Shown: positions 1 to 13,277, counted from the stretch's first letter. The stretch: 64,000 nt of DNA from Klebsormidium nitens (GCA_000708835.1 DF237143.1:62001-126000); one strand, 5' to 3'. Program-made: numbers and translations. The notes: generated by a model from the letters alone, not told the origin.

Positions 1-189
1 TCAGTGGGGTAGGGGGTGGTGTTACTGTGACTGACGTGCATCTGCTTCATTGGGGGCAAGAAAAGGTTCTTGTAGGACTGACCAGCTTGTTGAAGTTGGC
101 AGCAATAGCTGTGGGAACAGAAGCGGGGTAAGCAGAACCGATGATGTCATAAGTTGCACTCAGCTTGGGTACCCGCAAGGAGCGGCGCG

Positions 190-3100
190 ATGAAGCTCTG
201 CAGTGCGCCGGCCCTGCTGCAGGCCCTGGTGTTCGCTGCTCTTTGCTGGGTAAGTTGGACGCTTGCTGTGCCACGCTCCATATGGCGGGTCTTTCCATGA
301 CCACTGGACAGTGGTAGAGAACCTGACTTCAAGCGTAACTGCCAAGCTGACCCGTTGTTGCGTCCTCAGCCTTCTGATTTGATATGCTGGAGAAAGATAG
401 CTTATTCTTTTGTTCTCTTATTCAGATGTTGTGTCTGGTAAGAAGCATACACGGAAGTCTGGTTCGCAGGCATAGTACTGTAGTAGGGTTGGTTTGGACA
501 GCCCACCATTCACCGTCCTTGGGACATCTGTGCCAGTGTTGTCCAAGCTGGGTTTGCGCACTCATGTAACTAAAACGAGCTCTCTTTTATGGTCAACATG
601 TTCAGGGATTTGGCCTTGCACAAGAGGCGGGTTGCCGCAAATAGCCGATGCGCAAGTAGGGCGTGTCTCACAAGAGAATCTTTCTATCCTGTAGCCCACA
701 ATTCCTAGCCCTGTTTGAAAGCCACTGTAATGCGGCAGTTGGATAGCAGCAGCGTGTTGAGATCAAATTGTGGGTAAACTGATCAATATACCCCTCGCAC
801 TCATCACAAGCTTCTCGAGCAGCTCTTCTATTCACAAGAATTCCAACAAACGTTCGCCGCCCATCTCCAAACTCAGCAACCTGCATCGGGGCAAGAAGAA
901 ACGTTCAGACCGACACAGAACAAGACTATCATGGATCTCACCTGGATTTGCATCCGGTGACCTGGAACTGCTTTGATTTTGCAGACGGCTGCCGCAGGCC
1001 CCCGGGGTATTTCGGAGCCAAATACTGTCGTCGGTCCCGGGAGCAGCGACTTGCCCGTCGCAAGGCTGCGGCCTTTTGCTGCTCTGACTGGGCCTCCGAC
1101 TCCAAAGGGTATCACATACCAGTGAGCCTTTCAATTTTGTCCCCTTCTGAGACGAGTTTGGGGTTTAACTCAGCAAGGTAGAGAGTCCACCCATTTGCGG
1201 ACATTGTCTTTGTAAACAGGCAGCACGTGTTAACTTCAAGAACATCCTAAACTTCGGTTTAAAAATTAGTCCAGCGTCTTCCATCGTATTGAATTGAGGT
1301 ATAGTGCAATTCGGCCAGGGAGTATTGAGGCGAAGCTGCAGTTTGGCGTAAAGGGTGTTCCGGTGTGCAGTAGTGAACCGGCAGGTAACCCGCCTCTGAA
1401 TCAGACCCGCTGTTAACAGCTGTCGGCTGCTTCCTGACCAAGTGTCACGTGTCCCTTCTGCAGTGGTGGTCCTATTCTGAGCAAACCACTTACTGTCTAT
1501 TTCATCTGGTATGGGGCGGCGTTCACTGCAGCCCAGAAAAATATCTTCAAGGGGCTCGTCAGTTCTTTCTCGCCGAGCTCGAACACAGGCAACACTGGTG
1601 AGTCGAGCCGATCCATCCGGACTGGCACACTTGAAACCAGAATGGAGGTTGAAAACTGCAATTTCAAGCTTTGCATCAGAATTCAGAACACTTCGCAGTT
1701 TCCTACGTTCCGTATCAGGGGCGAACGAGAGCTCGATCGCGTTTGCGTGCTGCCGCAGAATGACTACTGACGGATCACATAGGCGCCCTCAAAGAAGACC
1801 ATCCGGTTTCTGACACTCCAAACAGCACGCAACCAGCGTGCGGTTGATCCCCGTAGGCGTAAACGTAAAGAAGACGATACAAGCAGCTATTTACGTCGCT
1901 GGTTCCTTTCCTGCAGCTCAATTGTGGTGGGCGAGCGTCAATGCTTACTACGACGGCAACCAGAACCACGTCTCCCCGACTGTGGCTCTGGGAGCCGATT
2001 ACGAAGACTCTCCGGGGTCTCAGGTATCGCCTGCCGCCTTTGGCCTCGTATGAAGAGTTTCCGTTTGATCTCTGTTGTCGGGAACGACCGGAAGAAAGAT
2101 GAGCTTAGACAAAGAAGCTTTCTAAGCTTTTCGGAGGTCGAAGCTTCTCGTCAGAGCTTCCCTCTTCATGTGCTTGCTGAGTAAGCCCCGATCTGGCCTC
2201 GTCATTACGAGATATTGTCCTTTGCTTCTGGTTGCTCAAATCCGACGAACTAGAGTTGTCCGCATCCAACGGAAGCAATCCATTGGGAGGTCAAGGAACC
2301 CTGACGTCAGCCCGTGTGTTGCAGAACTCGAGCCTGGTCATCACTCCGACCAGCAACGCGATGTTCGATGTCGTCACCCACGCGATCACCGCGGGAGGGC
2401 TCCCAGTTGATCCCAATGGAGTGTACATGGTCATGGGGAATCAAGGCACCTCGGTGGTGCGTATTCACACCAGCCATCCGCAGAGTAGAGTCCCCTGGAA
2501 GATTGAGACCTTTCTTGCGCTGCACAATTGATGGAAGCAGGTGCATGTAGAAGGAGGCTGCGCAATACTTTCAGGGGCCAAAAGAAGAGTGGTTTTGCTT
2601 TTGTCATCTGGTTCAAATTTGATATCCCTCACGAACGATCGCGATTAAGCTGGTTAAAGCAGAACCAAGGGGCTTGGATGCCAGAGAGTCAGTGGTGGCT
2701 GGCAATCCTCCTTCCCCATAGGACTGTCTCAATGTATCAAGCAAATAGCCTTGACGGTTGCGCTGTAATCGTTCCCTCCGGATGCGAACGAACACTCTTG
2801 TAGCCGAAAACCCCAAACAACCGTGACTCACTTTCAGAAGCGGACACGACCAACCTCGCCTGCGGTTAAATTCACCGTCTTGTAATAGGGAGGCTGCTGA
2901 AAATTCCTGTCAAGCTGAGCCAATTCGCTCAACCTAAGCTTCCGCTTGTTTCCAAACAACTCCAGGTAGGCTACGGAACCTGTGGGACGGAGTCAGAGTG
3001 CTCCAGCAACTCTTACGGAGTGACATTCTGCGGGTGGCATTCTTTTGAGAAATATAACGGGCAGACCCTTCACTACGGCTTTGTGGGCGTCGGCGCTCCG

Positions 3101-6100
3101 GCTTGCCGGCCGCGGGGGAATATGAACGGGTAGGACTATCTCTTTGTTTCTGTCTTGTTTGTTCCGGCTGACTTCAGCCGCTGACGGCAGCGGCGTCACT
3201 CTCGTGACGGTGGCGATTTGCGAACGGCAACTGAGGAGAGTGTCTGGACCGTCCGTTTATAGTTTGTGCCTGGTCGTTGGTTTGAATGAGATATAAGTCA
3301 GGTCCAGCGGCGTGGTTCACAGGAAACGAGGGACTCTAAATCGTAACGGAAGCTTCGTTTCGTTTTTCAACGGGAATATCGGCGGAAGTATCTCAGTTTA
3401 TGCTGCGCTTTGATGGCCTCTTGTCTTCAGTGTTTTGAGATATTAACAACTAGAGTTGGCAACGGTAGGAAACGCTGGACCCAGGGCGGCACTCCGTGGA
3501 AGCTGCAACAAGAGAGGGTGAAGAGATGGGAAGGAAAAGACTATCTAGGATAATGGACAAGCTTATATCAAGCACGAAGCAGAAGAGACTCGATGAAAGG
3601 GTCAACAGCCAAAAAGAGCAGCCACAACACAAGGGCCACAGTACGTGGAGTCAAACTGGTCGAAAGGAAAAGGAGAGGAAGAAGGCAAACGGAAAAGATA
3701 AGACAGTAAGGGAATCATCATGGTGATTACGACGAGCACCGTGTTTCCAAGGAATGTTTCGAACTCAGAATCAATAAGCTTCAGTAGTAGTCAGCTCCCA
3801 GCTATCACCACTGGAAACTGAGACCCGATTTCCACCTGCTTAATAATATTGCCACTCTTAACCCTCGCTAACCCCAGCCGTCCCAGGGTGGCTAACTAGT
3901 CCTGCAAACTGTAACCAACTTCTGTTGCCAGGTCTCCCAACGGCGATCCTCCCATCGACGCGGCCGCCAACATTTTCGCCCACGAGTTGGCAGAGTCCGC
4001 CACCGACCCGCAATACGACGCCTGGTGGGACGACGCTACTCAGCGCGAGGCGGCGGACCGGTGCAACTTCCTGTTCGGTGAGGGCGTCACAGCAGTATCA
4101 AGTTTGCGACTGCACTGCGGAGACAGCAAACATCGAACTCCTCTGACCCGCTCTTTAGATTCTTTTGCAACGCGTGACGCTCAATTCAAGTAGCGCCATC
4201 TAAACCACGTTCCTTTCCTCCAGGCACCACGACGCCATCTGCCAGTGGGGGCGGCAAGTAAGTTGATACTCCTTCGTCCAACGTGCTGAATATGAAACCT
4301 TCTGACTCCGGCGTCTTCGAGCATACGAGTAGCAGATTCAAACGCCAATCCCGTTTGACGTCTCCTCATATTTGTTAATACCGTTGACTGGAAACTCCCT
4401 GCGCGACTTGTCAAAATTGAAGGCTGGATAGAAGTTTCGCCGAAAATATACTTCCTGATTGGTAGGGTATTCAAAATTTCATCAAATTCGGGGTTACGGA
4501 AAAGTGCTTTCTGTTGGATTGTGCAGTTACAATCTGGTAGGGAACGGCGGCAAGCAGTACCTCATACAGCAGTTTTGGGACTTCACTGCCGGTGCCTGCG
4601 TCACAACTTCGGCGTCCAACGGTAGGCAGACTTTGCTGTGCGCGGCCGGAAATAGTATCCACCGGCGGACTCATCTTCGAAGTCTACGAAGTCAGGGTCT
4701 GTATCTGGCCGAGTGCGAGAGCAGCCGTTCGTTTCCAAACCAAGAGACGGCCTAAATGAAACTCAACACTGGACGGGACAAGAAGGCGCCTTCTAAGTGG
4801 CCGATCGGATGCTACAGCAACGGACTGCACGTTGTGTGACGTATCGAACTTCTGCAATTTAGTGAGATAAAACCAAGGACACTTTGGCTCTGCCTTTCGC
4901 TGCCACATTCCCTTCTCTTTCCACCATAAACTCGTCGTCTATTCGCTCCGCACTCACACGCCGCGAAGCTACAGACTCAGCCCGCAGCCGTCCTGCTGAC
5001 GTCGCCTCACGCTGACGCCACTTCCCGCTGACGTCACGCAGTCGGCGGCACGGTGGGCGGGGACCCCCACTTCGCGGCGGGTTACCTTAACTACACGACG
5101 GAGAGCGGGGAACCGGAGGCCGCGGCGATCGACTTCGACTTCCAGGGCCTGCCGGACCGCACCTTCTGCATCTCGTCCGACCTGCACATCGCGGTGAGCC
5201 CACGTCAGCGGCTGACGTCAGCATGACGCCAATCGTTCCTGGTATGGAAAGGCCGCACTCGCCTTGTGGACCGTTTGCAGAAACTCAGCCGTTTCAACGC
5301 CCGGGATGAACCATGATTTGAGGAAGAACACTGGCGCATTTTTGGTACATGGATCTTTTGCCTCTGCATCTCGAGCTGAGAGTCTTCCTCCTGCCCGACG
5401 CGTCGCAAGCAATGAGCAAGCGCCGTGAGCATAAGCAACGGCAGGCTGGCGAACTCGCGTTCTTGGTAGCAAGCAACTCGCAGGCGACTCGCGTGAGCAT
5501 GCATAACGCCAAGCTCTATACCCTGTCATGAGCGCCTCTAAACCTTGTCCTGAACCCCTCTAAACCCTGTCCTAAACCCCTTACAAACCCCGCGCCGCAG
5601 TTGAACGCGCGCTTCGTGGGCGGGGCGCCCGACGAGCGCGGCGTCGCGGGCACGTGGATGGACGCAATCGCCATAGTCTGGGCGTCCGAAACGGGCGTCC
5701 GCCGGACGCTGACGGTGTCCATCGACCAGTCCAAGGACTTTTTGGACGGGGACTGCTACGAGATCGAGTATGATGGGAAGAGTGTGCAGCTGTCGCCGGT
5801 AAGCCCAAGGGAGCTTCCTGGCTTGCGGAGTAGAAAGGGTCCGATCGAATTAGTAGCCACAAGCATGGGCTTTTGAGCCCATCTGCGGCCAGTGCTTTTG
5901 CAGTTTCAACCTTAGCTTCTGTTGCATCCATTCGGTCAGTCACTTTGTTTTACAGCTTCATTTGCTTTCGCTTAGCTATCGTCCCGACTGGCAGAGCCGA
6001 CTGGCTACTCCGCACGAACCTGTGACCTCTCAGGCTGCCAGGATGAACACTGATTCGCACAGATTTTCAAGACTCAGAAGCGGAAATCTCAGTGAGAAAG

Positions 6101-7509
6101 CTGCTGCAAGTTTGGGCGCAAAGAAGAACGCTTCGACCAATTGCAGTCGAACGAGACGGACGTGCGATGGACGAGCCCCGACGGGCAGCTCCACCTGGCG
6201 CGGCCCCCCGGCCACGTGGGCCTTCCCACGTGGGGCAACATCTCAATCATTGTCGACGGCAATCTGAACCTCGAATTGACTACAGAGGAGGAGAAGCGGA
6301 TCAACCTGGAGCCGCTCGGGAAGTTCATCAACATGGAGGTCAAGGGGCTGACTGCGACGCGCCACGTGCACGGGGTGAGTTACCGGGCAGGGGGTCGTTT
6401 CGTTCTCGCGTTTCGATATTAGGAAACTGACTCGGTTACGAAATTGACTCCATTAGGAAACTGACTCGATGAGCAGACAAGAAGGACAAAGTAACCAAGA
6501 AAGTTGCGCTGCTGAGGTCTTGTTAGCAGAGTCTCAGAAGACGGGCACTCCTCTTCTGGGACCTCGTAATAAAATCCTCAGCTTGAGCGATTGCTGATCG
6601 ATCTACCCCCTCCGCATTCTATCAGCAGCTAGGTTCCTCAAACTTCCCCGGGTGCCGGTTGACTAATGGAGCAAAAGGCAGTCGGCATTCCATCTTCCCC
6701 TCGCTTGCCCTCATTGAGCCCCTCCGTGCACGTCCCCGGTGCTTCTTCTACTGACCGCCGTTGCTTGCTGTTCTCTGTGGGTTACTGGACCAAGGTTTTG
6801 CCCAGCGGCGGTTGAACATGGCTGGCTGCGGACACCAGATACTCGCGATTCCCTGAACGGACCCTAAATGTCTGAACTGAAAAACCTTCTGTAGGTGCTG
6901 GGCCAGATGTTTGCCCCGGGCGGGGTCCAGCGGCGGCTGGGCATGGCTGTCTCGGACGAGAACAACCGGGAGTTTGTCGATGGTATTGTCGAGGATTATA
7001 TCACGCCCAGCCTGACGGACCCGGACTGCTACTACAGCGAGTTTCTGGTAAGGAATGGACAGCGGTTCTTTCAACCGAGACGCGCCATCCTCTTTTTCAA
7101 ATCTTTGTTGGTTCCAGCTGACTCTGACAAGACCTCTAACCCCAGAGAAGGTTAACACACTGAAAAGGTTTTGTACGACTGTGGACTACAAGTATAGCGC
7201 TCGCCTCCTGAAAACAATGGCGAGAGATTTCGGGCCCCCTGAAAACAGTGTTGGAAGTTCTCGGAAGCCGATTGTATTTTCTTCAAGAACCGTATGTCCC
7301 AGTATCAAAAACGTTGTGGCGTCACGAAGACCCGAGTTGACCCTGATGTGAATTGCTTCCAGGAATACGCGCGCGAGGAGCACAATAAGAACCCGTCCAG
7401 ACGAAAGCTGTTGTCTCTAGCGCACGGGGAGCGGATTCACACCGCCCGCTTGAGTTACACGCACCGGTCGAACGGGGGAGCTAGGACGCGACGAGTACTG
7501 TGGCGGTAG
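190..7509 (+). CDS. Secreted Phi-1/EXORDIUM-like protein fused to a C-terminal Root_cap/LEA-related (vWD-like) region; 14 exons, about 628 aa
   Basis: Phase-consistent exons 190-249, 985-1121, 1464-1597, 1917-2023, 2325-~2456, 2966-3129, 3932-4077, 4224-4257, 4527-4621, 5042-5193, 5601-5798, 6147-6374, 6895-7047, 7363-7509. N-terminus MKLCSAPALLQALVFAALCW looks like a signal peptide. Phi-1 motifs: ITYHGGPIL..VYFIWYG, WWASVNAYY, LPVDPNGVY, FCGWHS, SPNGDPPIDAAANIFAHELAESATDP, YNLVGNGGKQYLIQQFWD. Root_cap-type motifs: GGDPHF..FDFQG..FCISSDLHIALNARFVG..TWMDAIAI, VHGVLGQMF, PDC. Confidence 0.85.
5536..5579. repeat. Two 22-bp tandem units with telomere-like CTAAACCC cores, inside an intron just upstream of the 5600 acceptor
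   Basis: CTCTAAACCTTGTCCTGAACCC (5536-5557) and CTCTAAACCCTGTCCTAAACCC (5558-5579), 20/22 identical. Confidence 0.75.
6419..6469. repeat. Intronic 17-bp minisatellite, 3 copies
   Basis: TTAGGAAACTGACTCGG / TTACGAAATTGACTCCA / TTAGGAAACTGACTCGA. Confidence 0.8.
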
Positions 7510-9132
7510 CCATAGCGTATGGAATCTGTGACGTCAGTCAAGGTCTTCGAACCCACAGGCGGAGCTTCGCTTGTGGGTAATTGTATATTCGTGATATCAG
7601 CTTAGGACAAAGATGGATATTGAAAGTTCGCAAATGCAAGTTGCGTTTACTGCGGCGCTGCTACAGTGTGCGACTCCTTGCTTGACAGACTATAGTTTCG
7701 AGTATTTATACGTTTCAAGACGAACAGGACTCAGCATGTGTAAGGAAGGAAGCAATTCTGGAATACGGTAGTAACCAACAGCTATTTGAGTTACGCTTCA
7801 AGTTCTTGGTACAGACACTAAAGACCTGCAGATATGAACCCATGGGGTCGAAGCTGCATGTGTTTCACAATTCAATGCTTAAGCTAGGGTCATTGCCGGT
7901 TTTTTGTTGGGCAAGCAGGTGCAAAGCTCCCAAGTCGAGGAGCTCAATACGTCAAAGAAGAAAACGAAGAAAACATATGGTTTCCGATTGAAATTGTTGC
8001 TCAAGGCAGTCAACTTCGAACACGCGCATTAGCTCACTCCGCTGTACGAGTTCAAGGATCATTTGGATCGTTGGATGAATCGATTGTGTTGTTCATGCCG
8101 ATCAAGCAGGTTTCTGCCATTGCCCTAGCTGCACCACACGAACGTTCCGTATCATACGTTGACGTACCACTGTCTTGCGTAAGTTGCGCGCGCATGTCCA
8201 AACTGAATGATGCCACGATGCACACGCACACCCGTGCATTGGGGTCGGACGCGCGCTTTGCATATGCGTGCTGATGATCCAAACTGAGGCCGGAATAAAC
8301 TCCAGTGAACACAACTGCTTATCCATGCAGTACATGTAAAGCTAGGCTCGGGGCCCTTGACCGATATCGCACCCGACATGTTTCTTTCGACGGATCGTGT
8401 TCGATATACTTCCCACAAAGGCGTGAAGCATGGTTTACCGTTGATTTCCGTGATACTCGCACCTAATTAATCGCAGACTGGCCGCGTGCAACATCTTGGG
8501 TGCGAAGTGACAAGATGCCGGAGAAGTTCTATGCATTCGACTCGGACCACATGTTATGTGCGTTTACCGGCCATATGTCGGAAGCATAAAGCTATCATAC
8601 CGGCCATGTGAAGCACAGAAAACACAAATCTCTTTTTATTGCTTGCCAAGTGCAGATTTTAATATGGAGAGAGAGAAAAACTTTTGCTTTACACTGATGA
8701 GAATCACTACATAAGCCTAACTCTTGACCACGTCTATGTTGCCAGAAATCTGCTTTAGGAGTCCATTTTTTGGGAGTATCATTCAACACCCCGCTCAATG
8801 TTATAAGGTATAACGCATGCTGGGGCTCAACAAAAGCAAAGCGCCACGTAGGTTGCCTCATTTGCCTGCTCTAATAGGACCGCAAAGCCTAAACCGCAAG
8901 CGGTGCTGGCCGTATGGATCTTCACGTTCCCAAATCCTCTACAAGCTTGACATTATGGCAAAAAATGGTCACCTTTCGTCTACAGGAACATAAGAGAATA
9001 CAAGAAAAGCGAACAAATGTCGATTGCTGCTCCACTAGTACCACCCCTCCCACCAACGACAGCTCAAAGCAAGCTACCGCTAGAATTCCCATCCGCCGTC
9101 CCCAAGAAGCCTCCAATTGCGGCGACACCTCA

Positions 9133-12100
9133 TCAGGTGACCAGACCTCTGGGCCACTTGCCGTCCGGTGCCTCTCTTTCTCGGGGCGCCCCCGCATAGT
9201 CACCCTCCCTCTGCTGCCCGGCTGCCTTCTTCCGGGCACGACCGCCTGTCTCCCGACCTCTCCTCCCGTCCTTGGGAGATTTCCCCCCGACCCCAGCATT
9301 CTCCCCGGCCTCAAAATGCCTCGTCACTTCGTCAACTGCGACGCTGTTCTCGCCCCACCCGGTTGGTACCGGCAGCAGTCCGGTACCAGGTTCCGGGGCT
9401 TCTCTGCCCCGGTTCGAGTCCAACCGGGCGCCTTTTCCAGGTACGATCGTCCTCGGGGACACCCGTCTTCCTGGCCCGGGGGACGCTTGTTTCCCGGGAG
9501 TAGTTGGCCACTCCCATTCGCCATCCTGCTGTTTACCATTTTCTTTGCGCCTTTCTTTCAAACCTTCTCTTTTAGCATTCGTTCAAGTACAGCAACAAAG
9601 GTCACTGGGAAGCCAAAGGAGTGTGACAGGGCTGAAGCATGGAAAGCCCTCACAAAAAGGCTGACAAAACCGCAGAGAATAAGTTTTCACTCTGACAGAT
9701 CCCACAGGGTTTTGAAACAGCACCAGTCACACGAGGTTCAAGAGCTGTACCTGCAGAGGGGGGGTCGACAGCCCCCCGTCACCAACGCTGCTGGTGCTGC
9801 TTCGAACGTCCCACTGAAGGCCGGCCTGCGGGGGGCCTCGTTTGGGGGGCTTGATGAGCCCCCCTTTTTGAAAAGCTGCACCACAGAAAATAGGGAAGCG
9901 CCTGTTACTTTCGTTTTGAGGCCGCAGAAATGTTTACAGAGGAACTGTTTCTTCTAGCAAGCAAACAAAGGGGGGCTGAAGCAGGTGCAGGACCCACGAC
10001 TTCCCAAATGGACTTTGAACAGGCCTTCGTAGATATACTTGCCCATTCATTGTAGAACGTCAAAGTTGCATCCAATAAAACGTTCAACCCTAGCCCTGGT
10101 GGCAACATGAAAATGTTTCCGGTTCACAGATTTCAAGGCAGTCTCAAGATGCGCTACTCACTGGTCATGTTTTCCTCCCCGAATCCCTTAACGCTGGAAC
10201 TGTGGCTCAGTCTCGGGTCGGTCGCCTCGCTCGACCCCGACGCCCCCTCCTCCCACCCACGCTCCTGGGGGGGTGCCTCCACTCGTTTGCTCCCCTGGCC
10301 TCTGCCTTTTGCCACACCCCACAGCTGCTTCTCCCCCCTCCGGTGCCTATTCCTACTGGACCGCCCACTGGGGCCGCTTTCTTCGCTCGGGCTGATGTGA
10401 AAACCCCCCGCCTTGCTTGTGATCCCATCGTTCCAATCCAGGGGGGTCGCTGGGCTGGCAGACTCGCTCCCCCAACTGGTCGGCCCCACGTCCATCTGCT
10501 CTACCTCAGTGAGCTTATTTACACCCCAACCCGTGGGATCAATGGTAGTCACAGTTTCGAGGGTGGGAATAGGCCCTGAAGGCGAGGTTGCTGGGCCGCT
10601 CTTCTTCCGCTTCTTGCTCGCTTCCTCGGAGGACTTGCTCTTTGCAGACATCGAAGGAGCGTCCGCTGTTTCGGGACAATCCGCAACAACGGGGACCACG
10701 GATTCGGACATCAGCAGCCTGCGACGAGATGCGCTCTTCTTAGTTTGAAGGGTTTTCAGAGAAGCAGTCGCGAAAGTCCAGGGAGGGGAAACCTCCAGGT
10801 CTTGCAAAATTGCCCTCGGACAAAGATCCAAATTGCGTTGGACTCTGTCAGTGTTACGTCAAGCCCGTATTAGGCTTGTCAGAGCCTATTCTTAAATCTC
10901 GCTTTCTTCTCTAGGGTACCTTCGAGAATTAGTTGTTTGAAATACGTACCGCATGTCTCCTCAGAATGCATTCAAGTACTGCCACAGCTGTCAAAAAGTC
11001 ATTGATCAGGACATCTTTGCTATGCAGAACTTTGACAGAACACCCCTTTCTTTGCGACACCACAGCGGGATCCACAACAGTTTGACACTGAATCCTCGAA
11101 CCCAATCCATATGACCATCATCTGCACTCTACTCCCTATCAATCAGTGTTGTTAAACACCCTCCCCTCACCGCGAGTGCATTGCATCCAGCTCCCGTTGC
11201 AGCAGCTCCACGTGGCGCTCCAGGCGGTCCACCATGCGGCCCTTCTCTTGCGCCTCTTTTTGCAGCCGCGCCTTCTCGCTCAGCAGCCGCAGCGTCTCTT
11301 GCACCAACAGCTCGTGCAGCTCGTCACCTTGACCGCCCCCCTGGCGATCTGTCGCAATCCCACCTATGCTTTCTACCTTTGAGCTTTCTGTTCTTGTGCC
11401 TCCGACCCTTGCTTGTGATAAAGTCTCCTGACTGAACGGGTCGGAGGGCAGCGTTTCTAAGGAGGGCTCGACGTGCGGTTCTGCGTGCATTTGTTGCTTT
11501 GAGGGTGCGCTCGGCTTTGTGTCTATGGGTGCAGGACCCAGTAAACCCTTCTCTAAGATAGGCGCAGGCTTATTCTTTTCTAAGCTGGTCTTTGGAATCG
11601 ACTTGGTATCTGCCTCTCGTGACCCTACTTTGACGGGGACAGAGTGTTGGAGGGAAAAGGGCGTTGGAAGCTCTGAAGCTACTGTGCCCGATCGCATGTG
11701 GACGAACACTCTGCGCTGTCTTGCCCCTTTGATGAGAGGCTTCCCCACGATAGAAGCACCTGGATTGATGTAGGTGTTATTTGTTGATGAGAATGTGCCC
11801 GGAAAATCCAAAACTAAATGACTCCCTATGTGAGGCAAGAAGCAGACAGCTGGCTTCTGCTCAGCACCATGTCCACTTACATTTCTGATTACGCTATGGA
11901 TTCTTCCAGAAAGGCAGCTGAAAACTGCTGACATACACAAAAGCTGAGGGGAAGCGCATCCATTCTTTTGGCTTCATCTCTTCCTGTTACACGTGTCCTG
12001 TCTCTGCAACAATCATGGTTGTCTTTCATGACGGTTTCCAGCCACCATAACAGCTGTTGTTTTCAATGACAGCTGTGCCACAACGTGATTGACAGCTGTC

Positions 12101-13277
12101 AGGCTGCCTGCCTTTCCATTTGCCCAGATCATCTCTTGCTTTCAACCTCAGAAGCGAGCATACCTGGTCGGGACAATCTTGCAGGGTCCTCTGCTGCAAT
12201 ACTGTCAAGGCAGCGACGGGCTGACTCTGGTGTAGAGAACTGGAGCGAAACTGCAGAACAAGAGAGCAAGTTTGAGCGACGAAAAGAACGGAAACAGTTT
12301 GATACATATCTTAAGGAATCTAGTCCAGCTCAAATTCAATGCTGTCCAAACTTCGATCATGTGTACTGCATCCTCCTGCGACCAGTCTCATCGAAGCTGG
12401 TACGAAGAGGCACTTTAAATGGCGATGTTTCCAGGGTCCGTTAATGATAACCTTTCAAAGACCGATGCATCAGTTGATAAACAAGTCCGCTTCCAAGGTG
12501 CATCATTGGGGACGTAATAAAAAGCATGGTTTGCCAGAGTGACAGCTGTCAAAATGCAGCCTCATGGCTCACATTCTTGGCCGTTTCTGCGGATGCTGCA
12601 CTGGCCCGCCTCTGGGCCCAGGTATGCGCGCACGTCGCCAAAGCTGACCAGGCTGTCCAACTCGCCCGACAAGACCAGGAGACTGCTGTCCAAGTTTTGC
12701 ACTGCAATCAAGCAAACCAAGAATCAAGGGGCCGCACAATATTTCCGAAGACAAATGCTTTTCGATAAGAGTTCTAAAAGTCAAACCGTCACATTGCCAG
12801 GTTATAGGTAAGAGGCAGTTCTGGGGATTGCCGACGCACTTGATTTGAAAGTGCCTTTGGCCCATCAGAACCAACATTTCACGGTGGCTTTAAAACCTTC
12901 TCTCAGAAAGGTAGATGCAAGCAAGAAATGTAGTGGATCGTGAGGTCCGCAAAAAGACATGTCGCACCTGATGGCCCATCTTGCGCCCTGCCCGTCTGCA
13001 GCGCCTCTGTCTCTGCCACCAGAGCGCCACGCAATTCCTGCAGGCTCTTCACAGGAGCCGCCCTCACGCTCCTTCCATGATCAGAAGGGTTTCTGCCCTG
13101 CCTTACTCTTTGCCCGCCTGATTCGCGCCCCACGCCGCCACTTGAGATCTGCCAGGTGTCAGGCTCGGATGCCTCAATGTCAGCCCAGGACTGACTTTCG
13201 CTTTCTACCCGGGCAGGTCTCCCATCTGGCCCTCTGCGGACCCCAGCTGACCGCGACATTGGAGTGGTTTCTTCCAT
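9133..13277 (-). CDS. Hypothetical multi-exon protein with a small globular segment, a coiled coil and long disordered regions; 3' end uncertain
   Basis: Phase-compatible chain: ~13277-12984 (MEETTPMSRS..DGPS), ~12710-12568 (VQNLDSSLLVLSGELDSLVSFGDVRAYLGPEAGQCSIRRNGQE), ~12250-12164 (FSLQFSTPESARRCLDSIAAEDPARLSRP), ~11759-11170 (ending ELLVQETLRLLSEKARLQKEAQEKGRMVDRLERHVELLQRELDAMH, heptad-like), ~10845-10162, then probable exons ~9875-9748 and ~9530-9133. No family recognised. Confidence 0.5.

Noticed and set aside
9844-9869. GGGGGGCT-TGATG-AGCCCCCC-TTTTT, resembling a bacterial intrinsic terminator
   Set aside because: Eukaryotic context; lies in a probable coding exon (KGGLIKPPK on the minus strand), so best explained by Gly/Pro/Lys codons.
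8914-9957. 347-aa plus-strand ORF
   Set aside because: Pro/Ser-rich, no recognisable domain, and overlaps probable minus-strand exons; most likely an antisense shadow in GC-rich sequence.
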